A stretch of 56,207 bases of DNA from Octopus sinensis (taxonomy: Eukaryota), in contig NW_021833780.1 in NCBI RefSeq assembly GCF_006345805.1, forward strand, positions 1 through 56,207. Direction: 5' to 3'. Positions 25,556-37,624 of the stretch are shown here, in pieces. The translations under genes were made by a program, and so were the position numbers. Numbering within the stretch: the stretch's first letter is position 1; the number at the start of each line of letters is the position of its first letter. Under the pieces are notes generated by a model. The model was not told the DNA's origin, searched no databases, and worked only from the letters and a program-made list of their open reading frames with translations.

Positions 25556-26189
25556 GTCATTTAATGCCGTCTTTGTTTTGTCTGCACGCGTGCATACGCG
25601 CACGCACACACGTACGGACGGACATACGCGCGCGCGCCAGCGGGCTTTCACAGCTCTCGTCTACCAAATTCACGCACGAGGCATTTGTCGATCAAGGGCT
25701 ATAGTAAGAAAACATTACCCTCAAAGTGCTGCGCATTGGGACTAAACCCGAAACAACGTGGTTGAGAGCTCCTTAACCACACACTCATGCCCTCCCTTAT
25801 ATAATCCTATTTCTTGGGAAATATTTCCTACTGCAATGAAGCTAAGTTTGCTATCACCTTTACCATATCCCGGAAAGGTATGCAAAACTCATGGTCACGT
25901 GCACTTTACTCTTCAGAGCTATGTGTCAATGTTCTTTTGATTATTTGAGATCTTTACTCGTCTCAGTCTTTAGACTGCGGCCATGCTGGAACGCCGCCTT
26001 CGAGAATTTTAATCGAGTGAATCGACTACAGTATTTATTTTTATGTCTTGTACACTGTATCTGTGTCTTTTGCCGAACTTCTAAATTGCGAAGACGCAAA
26101 CGAACCAACACTGGTTGTCAAGCGGTGCTGAGGAGGTGGAGGCAAACATACGCACAAAGACACCCCCACACATCCAAATATAATATATA

Positions 26190-26358
26190 AGTTTTTTTTT
26201 CATTCTCTCCCTGTTTATTTTCTTTTATTCTTTTCTGTTGAAGAGCGTAGGCTCGAAACGTAAAAGATTTTTTTCACTTTTCCCGAGCGTCAAACGAATA
26301 CACCTGCTTGTTATTCATACACTCGTCTTCCTTTTTAGTTTTCAATAAATTTCAACTA
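26190..26358 (+). mobile_element. Penelope-like family A terminal fragment with hammerhead-like motif (26229-26267)
   Basis: CTGTTGAAGAGCGTAGGCTCGAAACGTAAAAGA plus the downstream CCCGAGCG motif. Confidence 0.7.
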
Positions 26359-26765
26359 TAAGGTGGCGATCTGGCAGAAACGTTAACACATCGGTCGAAA
26401 TGCTTAGCGAGTATTTCGTCTGTCTTTGCGTTCCGAGTTCAAATTCCGCCAAGGTCGACTTTGACTTTAATTCTTTCGGGGTTGATAAATTAAGTACCAG
26501 TCGCGTACTGGGGTCGATCTAATTAACTAGCTCCCTTCCCAAAAATTTCGGGCTTTGTGCCTAGAGTAGAAAAGAATAAATTTCAACTATAGATAGACAG
26601 ATAGGTAATGGGCTTCTTTCAGTTTCCGTCGACCAAATCCACTCACAAGACTTTGGTCGACCCAAGGCTATTGTAGAAGACACTTCAGATACAACGTAGT
26701 TGGACAGAACCCAGAACCATGTAGTTGGGAAGCAAACTTCTTACCACACAGCCACGCCTGCGCCT
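26359..26765. mobile_element. SINE family 1 (+, 26359-26577) and SINE family 2 5' part (-, 26608-26765)
   Basis: Matches to other copies in the window. Confidence 0.8.
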
Positions 26766-26957
26766 GGTCTTGCTCTTTGGATTTTGGATTAAAAAATTTT
26801 TTTCGTTTGTTTAGGAAGACGAACAGACGACTATGCAGACAGGCAAGTGTTGGCACGTCTCTGATATAGTCCAAATGAAAAACCGCCAACTCGAGCACAT
26901 ATAAAACTTAGTACCAGTGTCTTCAAAGGCGTTGCTATTAGAACGCAAGGAACCGGG

Positions 26958-28858
26958 AAATCCTAAGTTATTTTAACAACGAAATGTAAGATAAGAGAAC
27001 AAATCAGGCGTGCGACTGTGATGCTTGCAGTCTTAACAAACCTATTATATTAGTTTCAAATGTTGGTACAAGACCAGCAATTTCGGGTGCTAGCCGGTTA
27101 CATCGATCCCAGTGGTCAGCTGAAACCTATTTTATCGACCCCGAAAGGATGAAAGGCAAGCTCAACCCTTTGTGGCATTTGAACTCAGAACGTAAAGTCG
27201 GAAGAAATGCTGCTAAGAATTCTTCAGGTATACTAACGATTCTGCCATCTCGCCGCCTTAACCAGTTAATTATATTTCCAGTGATTTGGCTCTCTGGCCC
27301 TCTGGCGCTCTGATACTCTGGCCCTCTGGTGCTTTGGGTCTCTGGCGCTTTGACCTTGCGGCCCTCTGGCCCTCTGGCCTTCTGGCGCTCTGGGAAAGAT
27401 ACCTCACAGTATATCATCAGTTCCACCAATTGACACCCGTCACCCACCCTGGAACGGTACCCTTTATAAGAACTAGAAAAGATGAAAGGCAAAGTTAATC
27501 TCATCGGGATTTGAACTCGGAACGTAGAGACTCAGCAATTCGTCAACAAAGATACGGAGCAGGCTTTCAAGTGAGGTGCAATGGTAGTAAGCAACTTTGA
27601 AAGCTGCTTTCTTAAAACGCTCCCTGATACTCAATAGGCTTCAAAAGGGTTTTTTTTGTCTTTGTTTTTTTTTTTCTTTTTTCTTGGAATGTACGATTGT
27701 TAGATGCCAGGTTCATAGTATAAGTATACGATATTTGTTTAGAAAATTCTTCGTGTTACGCTCTATAATGTCTGGTTCAGTTAAGTTCCACTCTAATAAT
27801 ACCGAAAAGGTGTTAATGGTACAGAAGATTATTATTTTCGTTTCTCTTTTTTGTCTTTTTGTTTTCTATTTAAATGAGTTTTTAGAATCTTTCCTCTTCC
27901 AAATTATTCCTCTCTCTCCCTCTCTCTCTCTGTATCCCCCTCTCTCACTCTGTACCCTTCTCTCTCTCTCCCCTTCCCTCTCCCTTTTTCTCTCACACAA
28001 CCATGTACATACATTTTCATGCTCCCTCGCACACCTTTCAGCTACAAAGCTTTACTTCCATCTACGTCCAAACAACGACAATAATATTCCTCCTTCCTGT
28101 ATATATATGTATATATATTTTTTTTCTTGTTCATGAAGTTCCGTATCATCTGTCCGTTTTGCCTGTCTGCCTCCTGAAATTGCTAACTTTTATTGATGGG
28201 TGACAAAATCGGTAGATCACCGAAAAAAATGCTCTCTGCACTCGAAGTTCAAATCTTTTCAAAATAGTCTATTTATTCGAAAATGTGAATAAAGTACCTT
28301 AATAGTCAATACTGAATGGACCCAGACCTCTTCTCCTTTCCACTGGAACTGTTGCACCTTGAGCGATTTTATTTTGAGAGCCAAAGCGCCAAGGGACAGA
28401 GAGCCAGAGGGCCAGAGCGCCAGAAGACCAGAGGGCCAGAGGGCCGCAAGGTCAAAGCGCCAGAGGGCCAAAGCACCAGAGGGCCAAAGCATCAGAGGGC
28501 CAAAGCACCAGAGGGCCAAAGCACCAGAGGGCCAGAGGACCAAATCACTGGAAATATAATTAATTGGCTAAGGCAGCGAGATGGCAGAATCGTTAGTATA
28601 ACTGAAAAATTCTTAGCAGCATTTATTCCGACTTCACGTCCTGAGTTCAAATGCCACAAAGGGTTGAGCTTGCCTTTCATCCTTTCGGGGTCGATAAAAT
28701 AGGTTTCAGCTGGCCACTGAGATCGATGTAACCGGCTAGCACCCGAAATTGCTGGTCTTGAACCAACATTTGAAACTAATATAATAGGTTTGTTAAGTCG
28801 CACGCCTGATTTGTTCTCCTCTTATCTTACATTTCATTGCTAAAATAACTTAGGATTT
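26958..28858. repeat. Local inverted duplication: arms 26958-27393 and 28412-28858 with a ~1-kb spacer
   Basis: The arms share unique flank, a SINE with private variants (GCTCAACCCTTTGTGGCATT) and a GC-rich minisatellite (CCAAAGCACCAGAGGG unit). Confidence 0.95.
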
Positions 28859-28939
28859 GTTAGTGATTCCCAGATAAGGTTAAGGAAGTGACCATCTCCG
28901 TGTTTCTAGAAACATATACTATAAATTTCCCTCAAATAT

Positions 28940-29200
28940 TTAATTACATTATTTACATTCGACAGATATTTGTCTTCATCTTGTTTGTTGTTAACACAAC
29001 GTTTCGGCTGATATACCCTCCAGCCTTCATCAGGTCTTGGGGAAATTTCGAACCTGAGTTCTCATTCCTAAGGTATTTTTCGATCTTATATTATTATTAT
29101 TATTCAGGTCACTGCCTGGAATCGAACTCGGAATCTTGGGGTTAGTAGCCCGCGCTCTTAACCACGACACCATATGACCCAGTAAATAATGTACATAATT
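28940..29200 (-). mobile_element. tRNA-headed element carrying a hammerhead motif
   Basis: Minus strand has tRNA-like TGGTGTCGTGGTTAAGAGCGCGGGCTACTAACCCCAAGATTCCGAGTTCGATTCC, then CTGATGAAGGCTG...CAGCCGAAACGTT. Confidence 0.65.
28993..29037 (-). ncRNA. Minimal hammerhead motif with canonical CUGAUGA core
   Basis: CUGAUGA-A-GGCUG(GAGGGUAUAU)CAGCC-GAAA-CG-UU-GUGUU. Stem I is imperfect in this copy. Confidence 0.6.
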
Positions 29201-29601
29201 CCTCATCCCTTAAATATAGAACTGAAATATTATTTGTTAGGTATTTTTGTTTGTTTTTTGCTGTGTTTTTTATTGCGTCTATTTTATATTACCGGCCTTG
29301 GCCTATCACCCATCTAGCAGCAAAATAAATTAGCTTTAGCTATAACCAAAGGTAGAGGCACATGGATTAGTGGTGAGTGTGTTGGACTTATGATCGTAAG
29401 ATTATGGTTTCGATTTCTGAACCAGATGATGCGCTGTGCTCTTGAGCAAGACGCTTCATTTCATGTTGCTGCAGTCCACTCAACCGGTAAAAATAAATAA
29501 TCCTGCGACGGACTGGCGTCCCATTCAGGTCACGTTTTTTTCTTTCCTTGTTTTTTACCCCTCTGCGAAGTAATTTTGTTTTAATTCTTTCGCAGGAAGG
29601 G

Positions 29602-29678
29602 CTAGTTCGACGAGTCGTGTTCTGTCCTCATCTTCGAAACACGCTGGAGTTGAACTAGGGACAGCTGATGAAAGGGAT
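29602..29678 (+). ncRNA. Candidate permuted, pseudoknotted hammerhead ribozyme (copy 1)
   Basis: P0 29602-11/29649-58, stem III 29616-20/29639-43, stem I 29622-27/29659-64. GAAA at 29636-39 precedes CUGAUGA at 29665-71. Confidence 0.55.
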
Positions 29679-30744
29679 TTTTCCTTGTGTAGTTTGTCTT
29701 GTACTCTGTTTTTTCGTGTTAAAAAAAGGTCCGTTCCATGCTTGTTTTTACGTTTCGTTCTCGTGAGTTCTACGTCTATTTGTGGTGTCCTGTACTCACG
29801 TATAATATTTATATATGCATGTATATATACATGTAGATGTAGGTACGTACATATATGTATGTATTGTATGTATGCATATATTTTATTTTATACACTATTG
29901 ATGACTGAAGCGCCCTCGGTCGATTCGATTCGTTTCGTTTCGTTCGTTCTTCTCTCCAAGTACAGTTTTTATTTATTTATATATTATATATATATATATA
30001 ATATTATATATATATATATTATATATATATATATTATATATATATACGACCATGCTTCTTTCGGAGTAGTATGTGAGAAGTAACCAAAGGTTTCACAACA
30101 AGGTCCAACCCTGGTTGTGGTGTAGTGACTTGTGTGGTTGAGTGACTCTGAGAGCTATGCCAACAGAGTACAAATTCCTGGTAGGGTCTTCCATGCTGGG
30201 TAGATCGAAACAGAGAGGCCAGATTAATGTGGACCTCTTCTTCCCTGAGCTAAAACTTTGTTTGCATTGAGCTCAACTGAGCTAACTAGAAAAAAAATGC
30301 AAAGTTTTAGGTGCACCAATGACAATTCAAAGCCAACAAGACCTGAGAGACGAAGGCCTTCCCTCAAGATTTAACTTATGCGAGGTGGGTGGCTGAATGA
30401 GGTAGGTATCTATCGGCTGTTTTTTTTTTTGCGCATTTTGAGAGGCGTGTGTTAAAATTTGTTGAGATTTAGAATGCACTGGGCAAGAATCGTCGATTGT
30501 GCCTGCTCTAGGGGTGGGTCGCGAAGGGCTTAAGGGTGGGCAGAAAAGGCCAAAGCGAGTGACCCCTTGCCTGCGAAAGATATTATATGTTTCTAACATA
30601 GATACGAGGCCTGAATTAAAATCGATCTCAGTAACCGGGAAGAGTGATATGAAAAGTTGATCTCAGCGAGTTTTGAACTCAGAACGTAAAGCATGAAGTG
30701 GTACAGGCAGATAGACACGCAGGCAGACATAAAGGCAGACATAC

Positions 30745-30770
30745 AGATAGACGGATAGATAGATAGATAA

Positions 30771-30856
<86 letters not shown>

Positions 30857-30858
30857 CA

Positions 30859-30906
<48 letters not shown>

Positions 30907-30924
30907 TTACACAGAAAGATAGAT

Positions 30925-30990
<66 letters not shown>
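30745..30990. repeat. (GATA)n microsatellite
   Basis: Seen directly. Confidence 0.95.
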
Positions 30991-31247
30991 GAGAATGAAT
31001 AGAAAACGAAAGTGGCACACAGCACATTTGACAGGAGTTTAACAAGTTTGACCAAGCTCTATGAAACACGTTTACATATATATGTGTGTGTGTGTGTGTG
31101 TGTGTATACATATATATGCATGAATGCATGTATACATACACATACATATATGTGTAAATAGTCATGAATATATTGCTCTACCTTAGGTAGTCGAGTACTG
31201 CTTTTCCCACCTTGTTTTGCATTTATGTACTTACTTGTGTGTAGATA

Positions 31248-31324
<77 letters not shown>

Positions 31325-31534
31325 TACACACACTCACACACTCATATATATATATAGAGATAGATAATCAGATAGACAGCTAGATCGATAGATACACACA
31401 TACATACTTACATATATACATACACATAAATACATACACATATCCATGTATCTATCTATATAGCTATATATATATATGAATATACATACATATATACACA
31501 CATATATCACTATATAGCTTGATGAAGAGCGAGC

Positions 31535-31570
<36 letters not shown>

Positions 31571-31928
31571 GAGAGAAATGTATACATTTAATTCCCTCCT
31601 GCTCTTCATAAACGATTTTCTTTTTCTTTTTCTTTTGCTTGTAACGTTTTAGAAATAGTTAGTGCCAGTTCGTTTGATTTCTTACATCCATTAAAAATGT
31701 CATCTAGTGTGTTGAAACAATTGAATACTTCTGTCATCCTATCCTCCTTACCATTCCCTGGCACCTACGATCTCACTAGACCTAGTAATCTGCGAACCAA
31801 TTTGGGTTGAATTCTTGCTTCTTGTTGATTTTCGTCTTACATTTTTCACCAAGTCTTCATTTGTATATACAATGCAGAGACGAGGATGTGTGCTAGTGAG
31901 TGCATGTCAACGTGCATATGTGTGTGTG

Positions 31929-31979
<51 letters not shown>

Positions 31980-32140
31980 TGTGTGTGTATGTATGTGTGT
32001 GTCTATGCGTTCTCATGTATTTGGAAATATAGAATTAAAGTACATTCAGTTCTACATATATCCATATACAAAGGCAAACGTATATAAATATATGTGTGTG
32101 TGTGTACGTTTAATATATATATATATATATGTGTGCGTGT

Positions 32141-32205
<65 letters not shown>

Positions 32206-32589
32206 TATTGTTCTCCCCCATTATCGCTTAATAACCGTTGGTGTGTTTACGTCCTCGTAACATAGCGGTTCGGCAAAAGGTTTTGTAATACTACCTAGAG
32301 GTGATGGTCACAGATGAAAAGCCTTTGACTCCGATAGGCCTGGCTGATGATGTTCGAGCCTGCTCAGAACAGCAACAAGAGCCCCAGTAACAGCAACGAC
32401 AACAACATCACCGTTAACAGTAGTATCAGCACCGATAACACTGAGAAGATAACCTGTAAGTGGTAATCTGATATGTTAGATATAGCAGCTAAATCTTTCT
32501 GATTCATTGCATAATGTAGTCTAACATTTAATCTGCTTTACAAAAAGACATGGAGGTCACAGCTTGAATGTCTTTGATCATGTTTATTC

Positions 32590-33010
32590 TTTTATTCTTT
32601 TACCCGTTTCATTCATTTGACTGCGGCCAAGTTGGAGCACAGTCTTAAAGGGTTTTAGCGGAACAAATCGACCCCAGGACCTTATATTTTTAAAGCCTAA
32701 TACTTATCTACCGGTAACTTTTGCCGTACCGCTACTTTACCGTGACGTAAATACACCAACACCGGATATTAAGCGATGATGGGGAGGGACAAACACAAAC
32801 ACAAAGACACACACACAAATACACACACACACACGCACAGACATACACACATACAGACATACACACATACAGACATACACGCATATATATATATATATAT
32901 ATGACGGGCTTCTTTCAGTTTCCCTCTACCAAATTCACTCACAAGGCTTTGGTCGGCCCGAGGTGCCACGCAGTGGGACTGAACCTGGAACCATGTGGTT
33001 GGGAAGCAGG
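32590..33010 (-). mobile_element. SINE family 2 (tRNA head, internal TA/TG microsatellite, conserved 3' tail)
   Basis: Matches the fuller copies at 40670-41170 and 43930-44340. Confidence 0.8.
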
Positions 33011-33134
33011 TGTCTTTCTGTTTTTGTTTTTGTTTTCTTGATTGTTTGTGATGTGCATGTTGAAGTAGGACTGACCAGAAGCCAAACAATAACAATAAAG
33101 AAGACAACTGCGCCAACTACAACAACGAAAGCAA

Positions 33135-33541
33135 CATCATTATCATCAGTACCACCATCATCAACATCGCTTTCATCATCATGCTCCCCATCATCAGCAG
33201 CCAGAAGAGCATCATGCTATCACTATACCATCATCATCATCATCGTCATTGTCGTCGTCGTCATCATCATCACCGTCGTCTTTGTGGTCAGCAATATCAT
33301 CAACGTCATGATCATCATGACCATCTTCATCATCATCACCAACGCCATCGTAGTCCTCGTCGTCATCATCTTTAACAACATCCCCATCACCACTGTCATG
33401 AACAACAGTATCGATAACGACATCATCATTACCAGAACCACCAATGTCGTCGTAATCATTATCAACACCCTCACTGTCATTATCGTCAGCACCGCCATCC
33501 CCATCATCATCATCATCATCATCACCATCACCATCCCCATT

Positions 33542-33572
<31 letters not shown>

Positions 33573-34283
33573 ACATCACCATCACCATCCCTATTATCAT
33601 CATCATAATCATTATCGTCACCGTCACCATCATCATCATCACCATCATCATCATTACCATCACCATCATCATCATCATCATCATCATCATCACCATCACC
33701 ATCATCACCACCATCATCATCATCATCATCATCATCATCACCATCACCATCATCATCATCATCATCATCATCATCACCATCACCATCATCATCACCATCA
33801 GCATCAGCATCGTCATCATCATCATCATCATCCTCAACATCACCATCACCATCCCCATTATCATCATTATCATCATCATAATCATTATCATCATAATCAT
33901 CATCATCATCATCACCATCACCATCATCACCACCATCATCATCATCATCATCATCATCATCACCATCACCATCATCATCATCATCATCATCATCATCACC
34001 ATCACCATCATCATCACCATCAGCATCAGCATCGTCATCATCATCACCATCATCATCCTCAACATCACCATCACCATCCCCATTATCATCATTATCATCA
34101 TCATAATCATTATCGTCACCGTCACCATCATTATCATCACCACCGCCACCACATCATCATCATCCCCATCATAACCATCATCATTACCATCATTAATATC
34201 ATCATCATCATCACCATCACCGTCACCATTACCATCATCATAATCATCATCATTGTCACCACCGCCATCCCCATCATCATCCC

Positions 34284-34320
<37 letters not shown>

Positions 34321-34376
34321 GCCACCACCGCCATCCCCATCATCATCCCAATCATCATCATCATCATCATCATTAA
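33135..34376. repeat. ~1.2-kb degenerate (ATC)n tract with internal higher-order duplications
   Basis: Seen directly. The block ending CAGCATCAGCATCGTC...CCTCAACATCACC occurs twice (about 33800 and 34020). Confidence 0.95.
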
Positions 34377-35094
34377 CGTCAGCATGAAGATCAACAACGT
34401 AGCTGAAACAGAAAATAAACAGAGAGAATTCTTCAAACCCAGAAGACCTGTTGGTGTTGTGATGATAATAACCGAGTTATGCCAAGTCAAAATAAAAAAA
34501 AAAAAAACGGCAGCGACCTTTCTCAAAGACATTTGACGAATGTTTCTTAAACTCCCGCCACGACCACCACCTCATCGCACCCCACCATCAAAATCTCCAT
34601 CCATAACCCTGATCCATTCCTACATCGCATAACAGAACTGGGGGCGGGTAGGAATCTCCATTGTTGTCAACGTCTTTACGAACAAAGATCAGATTTTTTT
34701 TTTCCTTAAGCATTTTTTAAACTTTTTCTTGTTTCAGTCATTGGACTACGGCCATGTTGCAGTGCAACCTTGCAGAAGAGGTTAGTTGACCTCAGAAATT
34801 TTTTTAAAAAGTTTGCTATATATTCTATCGATCTCTTTTGCTAAACTGTTAAGTTACGGGGACATAAACGAACCAACAATGGTTCTCAAGTGTTAGGGCG
34901 GGACAAACAAAAAGGCACAAATCACATAGTTTCCGTCTACCAAATTCGCTCACAAGGCATTTATAGGCTCGGCTGTCTGTTAGAAAACAATTCCTCAAGA
35001 TATCGTGTAGTAGGATTGAACCAGAAGGCACGTGACTGCAAAGAAAACTTCTTAGCCACGCAGCTATCCCCGCTTCAGAAATAAATTCTCTCCT

Positions 35095-35705
35095 CAAGGC
35101 GGCGAGCTGGCTGAAACGTTAGCTCGCCGGGCGAAATGCTTAGCAATATTTCGTCTGCCGCTACGTTCTGAGTTCAAATTCCGCTAAGGTCGACTTTACC
35201 TTTCATCCTTTCGGAGTCGATTAAATAAGTACCAGTTACGCACTGGGGTCAATATAATCGACTTAATCCGTTTGTCTGTCCTTGTTTGTCCCTTCTGTTT
35301 TTAGCCCCTTGTGGGTAATAAAGAAAAAAGTATTTCGTCTGCTGCTACGTTCTGAGTTCAAATTCCGCCTAGGTCGACTTTACCTTTCATCCTTTCAGGG
35401 TCGATAAATTAAGTACCAGTAACGCACTGGGGTCGATGTAATCGACTTAATCCATTTGTCTGACCCCTCTATGTTTAGCCCCTTGTGAGCACTAAAGAAA
35501 TAAGAAACGATAGCTCGCCGTGCGAAACGCTTAACAGTATTTCGTCTGTCTTGTGTTCTGACTTCAAATTCCGCCGAGGTCGATTTTGCCTTTCATCCTT
35601 TCGTGATCGATAAATTAAGTACCGTTTGCATATTGGGGTCGATCGAATCGAGTGGCCCCCTCCCCCAAATTTTACGGGCCTTGTACCTCGAGTAGAAAAG
35701 AATTA
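35095..35705 (+). mobile_element. SINE family 1 trimer
   Basis: Three tandem cores. Similar multimers lie at 38390-38955 and 46128-46545. Confidence 0.88.
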
Positions 35706-35845
35706 AATTCTCTCTAAATTAATTTTCTCCCCCTTTTCTCTGTAAGTGGCTAACAATACTGTTACGTGATATTTTTTACCTTCACTTAAGAAGCAATTAT
35801 CAAATACACCAACACACACACACACACAAACACACCACAACATAT

Positions 35846-35880
<35 letters not shown>

Positions 35881-35979
35881 AAGTGGTGCTCCAGCGGCAG
35901 AAGTCAAATGACTGAAACAAGTAAAAGAAAAAAGTAAAGGAATATAATATATTATATATATATATATATAATAATATAT

Positions 35980-36162
35980 AGTTAGCCACTACAACATTTT
36001 TTTCTCTTTTGTTTCTCTCCTTGTTTTTTCTGTGTCCCTTTCTGCAGAAGAGCGTAGGCTCGAAACGTAAAAGACTTTTTCTATTCCTGAGCGATATACT
36101 AATACATCTGTTTGTTTTGTACACCACCTGTCTTCGTCTTTTGTTTTTTTCGTAAACTCTCC

Positions 36163-36238
<76 letters not shown>

Positions 36239-36445
36239 CAGTATGTGACCTCTTGAAGACCACTTGCAAATTTTTTTCCTCTGTCCTCCCACCTCGGGAT
36301 CTTTCTTTCTCCTATGTTTCCGACGAAATGCTCCGCTCGAAACGTCATACCTTCCTTCTTCCCTTCTTTCCTGAGCGTCAATAATACTTTATTTGTTCCA
36401 CATCCTCGTGTTGTTGTCTTTTTGTTTTCTTGTTTGGATTAACCT
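35980..36445 (+). mobile_element. Adjacent hammerhead-bearing family A (motif 36038-36073) and family B (motif 36316-36350) repeats separated by (TA)n
   Basis: CTGCAGAAGAGCGTAGGCTCGAAACGTAAAAG and CCGACGAAATGCTCCGCTCGAAACGTC. Confidence 0.7.
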
Positions 36446-36624
36446 TATATATATATATAGGTTATGAGAGGTAGAGAGGTAATGATGTCATTGAGGCCCA
36501 AAGGTGTCAGGTAATGCTAATAAGTCCTATAGAAGGACCGCAGTTAAGTAAGTTTCAGGTTCGGTGATTATGCGAATAAGGGGTTCAAAGTTGGTCATAT
36601 GTCAGCGTGTATATAAAAATTATA

Positions 36625-36740
36625 TTTCGTAAAGAGATAAAATACCAAGGCTGTGTAGATTTTAGAACATTTATAGATAGAAGGTCTATCATTAAATGTT
36701 CTAAATTCTACACAGCCTTGGTTTTTATCTCATTACGAAA
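36625..36740. repeat. Near-perfect palindrome (~56-bp arms, 3-nt loop)
   Basis: TTTCGTAAAGAGATAAAATACCAAGGCTGTGTAGA...GATAGA-AGG-TCTATC...TCTACACAGCCTTGGTTTTTATCTCATTACGAAA. Confidence 0.9.
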
Positions 36741-36741
36741 A

Positions 36742-36772
<31 letters not shown>

Positions 36773-37031
36773 AAGTAAAGAATATTTGCCAACATAATGT
36801 GGCAAACCTGGATAGGACGGATGTTACCCTTGTTTCGTCACTGTTGTTATGTGACGAAGATGCCTATAAGCTATATAAAACCAAACTGGAAAAATTGAAT
36901 TGTTACTAATTGTGAGTGAGAGTGCTGGTGTATATAAATTAATATTCAGTGATAACTTTGCAGTGTGATTTCGAAAGCTCCTCACCAGGTATCGCCTAAC
37001 AAATGTCCTCATACAGTAAGACTCTGGTTGG

Positions 37032-37368
37032 TGAAGGCGCATGGCTCAGTGGTTAGAGCGTCGAGCTTACGATCGTGAGGTTGTGAGCTCGAATCCCGGA
37101 CCGAGCTGCGTGTTGTGTTCTTGAGCAAGACACTTTATTTCATGTTGCTCCAGTTCACTCAGCTGTAGAAATGAGTTGCGACGTCACGAGTGCCAAGCTG
37201 TATCGGCCTTTGCTTTTCCCTTGGATAACACTGGTGGCGTGGGGAGGGGAGGCTAGTATGCATGGGCGACTGCTGGTCTTCCATAAACAACCATGCCCAG
37301 ACTTGTGACTAGGAGGGTAACTTTCTAGGTGCAATCCCATGGTCAGTGTCGTGACCGAAGGGGGTCCC
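37032..37368 (+). mobile_element. tRNA-derived SINE family 3
   Basis: A/B boxes; matches 25230-25555. Confidence 0.85.
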
Positions 37369-37624
37369 CGGTAGATATACATGTGGAAATCTGTAAATGT
37401 TCGTATGGTATAAGCAAAAAGAAATTTATACGAGGCGGGTTGAATAGTCTTTATTATAAATCACTGTAATTGTTTCAATACCATAAAAAACTGATTTGTT
37501 ACTGGAATCGTCGTACCGATATTGGACTGATATGCAGCAGGGAATATGATGGAATAACGGAAATAATTCTAATAATCTAAGACCATATTATTTAATGTCT
37601 TTCAAAAAAGAAAAAAAATGGAAT

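Noticed and set aside
28375-28540. CRISPR-like or collagen-like repeat (GPE/RAKAPEGQS ORFs)
   Set aside because: An 8/16-bp tandem minisatellite with no unique spacers; the ORFs run into SINE sequence, and the context is eukaryotic.
30100-30580. Possible RTE-type LINE 5' UTR fragments
   Set aside because: Resemblance is from memory only, too decayed, and no coding sequence follows.
32290-32462. Plus-strand exon-like stretch ending in gtaagt and containing CTGATGA
   Set aside because: No consistent open frame from an acceptor, and no GAAA or stems for a hammerhead.
32963-34174. 403-aa Ile-rich ORF and the opposite 309-aa Met-rich ORF
   Set aside because: Translations of the (ATC)n tract; the plus ORF starts inside a SINE.
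37032-37105. Apparent tRNA genes here and at 25480-25555, 40530-40600, 45290-45480 and 47600-47678
   Set aside because: They are SINE heads that continue into shared SINE bodies and lack a proper acceptor stem.
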